A DNA stretch of 63,751 bases, filler included, from Dimargaris cristalligena (Eukaryota): assembly GCA_003614675.1 (NCBI GenBank). It is 28 parts of 28 records of this genome, joined end to end, with 100 filler letters (N's around TTAATTAATTAA, not from the genome) between each part and the next. Parts side by side here need not be neighbours in the genome. Positions count along the whole stretch, not along the records: positions 61,580 to 63,751 come from ML004329.1; 27 more parts are not named here. One strand, 5' to 3'. The translations under genes and the position numbers were made by a program. This document shows, in pieces, positions 62,296-63,751 of this stretch (positions are counted from its first letter, which is position 1; each line of letters begins with the position of its first letter). Below the pieces are notes generated by a model. It worked only from the letters and a program-made list of their open reading frames with translations, was not told the DNA's origin and ran no database searches.

Positions 62296-62886
62296 TGTCA
62301 TTGGAGTATTGGCCCTTCTAATCTGACTTAATCTGGGTGTAGTGATCATATATCCCGACTAGGCCATATAGCACCATATGTAACTTCCCATGGTCACCCC
62401 TGGTACTATGGGATCACCCTATTTAACATAACCATCCTCCTTCTGGACTCTTAGGTTCACACCACTCACTCCAGTGCTGATCTGATGACTCTTCTGGTTA
62501 CCACTCAAGTCTTCTGGACCCCCACAACTATTTGGTTGGCTTATTTAGTATACCTTAGTCTTAGTAGTATCCCCCTCTGGGACCTTCCTCTGGAGTTATC
62601 CCTGCATATATATAACCTAGCCCTATTGGGACCAGTTAGATGGTCAGCTTATTCTACCCCTTAGTTTACCCCCAATAAACCCTATATACACTCACTCTCC
62701 CTTCAGTTTAACTAGTAAGTGTACTGCTGCATGTCCCTTACATATATCTGTGCTTATCCTTTATTAGTTAGCATTGTGCCCATACCTAATACTAGTAACC
62801 CACTTGGCCAAGTCTAAGCCTTGCTTATCATTAGAAGCCTATCCCCAGGACTCTTGACAGACTAAGAGTGGATAACTCAGGTGATA
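62296..62886 (+). repeat. LTR family B, probable full-length solo LTR (~590 bp)
   Basis: Starts TGTCA, TATA near 62607, AATAAA near 62674, ends GTGATA (GTGACA in other copies). Confidence 0.7.
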
Positions 62887-63751
62887 CAGAGTTAGGAACT
62901 GGAGAAGCCATGGTGGCTACATGCTAATAAACTGGATAAATAAAATAAAATAATAATAAAAAGATAAACTGTAAATCGGCTTCTGCTAGGAGTTGTCAGC
63001 TGATACTGGGTATAACACTGGGGGAAGTTAAGGACAGATATTTATTCAAGCGTATCTCGGAGAATAACTTGCCAGTTTTAAAAGCCGTCTGGGAGTATAT
63101 ATATATTAAATAAAAAAGGTGCACTAAATCTTCGTTATTACTGTTGGCTTCATCCTCGGATGGGCTAATAACTATAAAACCACAGAGGGTAAAACTGGCT
63201 GGGCCCATAAGATTAGACTCCACACAAAACCAACTAAAAGGGTAAATGGAATCTGGTATTTTCGAAGTGGAAGTGGCCTCGGATCCACTGAGGCATTCAT
63301 GCTACCCGAATAGGATAGGGTGAGTGGAGGTAGCAGGAGATTTCGATGCTGTCCGCCTTCCCACATCAGGTGGGAACACCTTTCCTTACTCATCGTGATG
63401 GGTAGATATAGTGGTCGTGGGGATAAATGGAAAGTAATTAGATGAAACAAATAAGAGGTACTGGGCTCGGAAGGTGGTCAGCGGTGCTTGGCGCTGGAAC
63501 AAAAGAGTCGTCCGAGGTGGTAGCCTTTGTTTAGTGATTGGTAGAGTTGCGCGTCGCTGTCGATCAATCATTTATTTCCATGAAGGAAAAAAGTATCCCT
63601 GCCTATGGCAGTACATATGGCTTGAATAAGGTAATTGAGGGTATAAGGGTGGTGCTGCAGAGTGCAGGTAACTGGAAGTATATTTAATTACCTGATTCCT
63701 TTACTAATTAGAACCCATTTATCAACGTAAAGCACAGCTCCTTGAATCATA

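Overview
This window is not a continuous locus. It is 28 small contigs (~2.1-2.2 kb) joined by artificial N44-TTAATTAATTAA-N44 spacers, so no synteny can be read across spacers. Most contigs look like a fungal genome. An early-diverging lineage (Zoopagomycota-like) is inferred from GC/CpG-rich, intron-poor genes and an Integrator subunit. Host gene fragments: RhoGEF, oligopeptidase B-like S9A peptidase, Spt5, Hrd3/SEL1L, ENA-type P-ATPase, Ldb17/SPIN90, dynein heavy chain, INTS2, old yellow enzyme and tRNA-Leu(CAG). They are mixed with many CpG-depleted transposon remnants. Highlights: (1) a Ty3/gypsy element with a betaretrovirus-like gag-(-1 frameshift)-dUTPase-protease layout that the ORF track mostly misses; (2) an intronless AT-rich pyruvyltransferase/glycosyltransferase-like gene of suspected giant-virus origin; (3) a hidden D5/P4-type primase-helicase relic with in-frame TAA codons in an extremely AT-rich contig; (4) an essentially CpG-free LINE family and a C-to-T hypermutated SKI3 copy, pointing to a repeat-directed mutation system; (5) several inverted junctions that suggest MDA chimeras. 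All family assignments come from motif recognition, not database searches.
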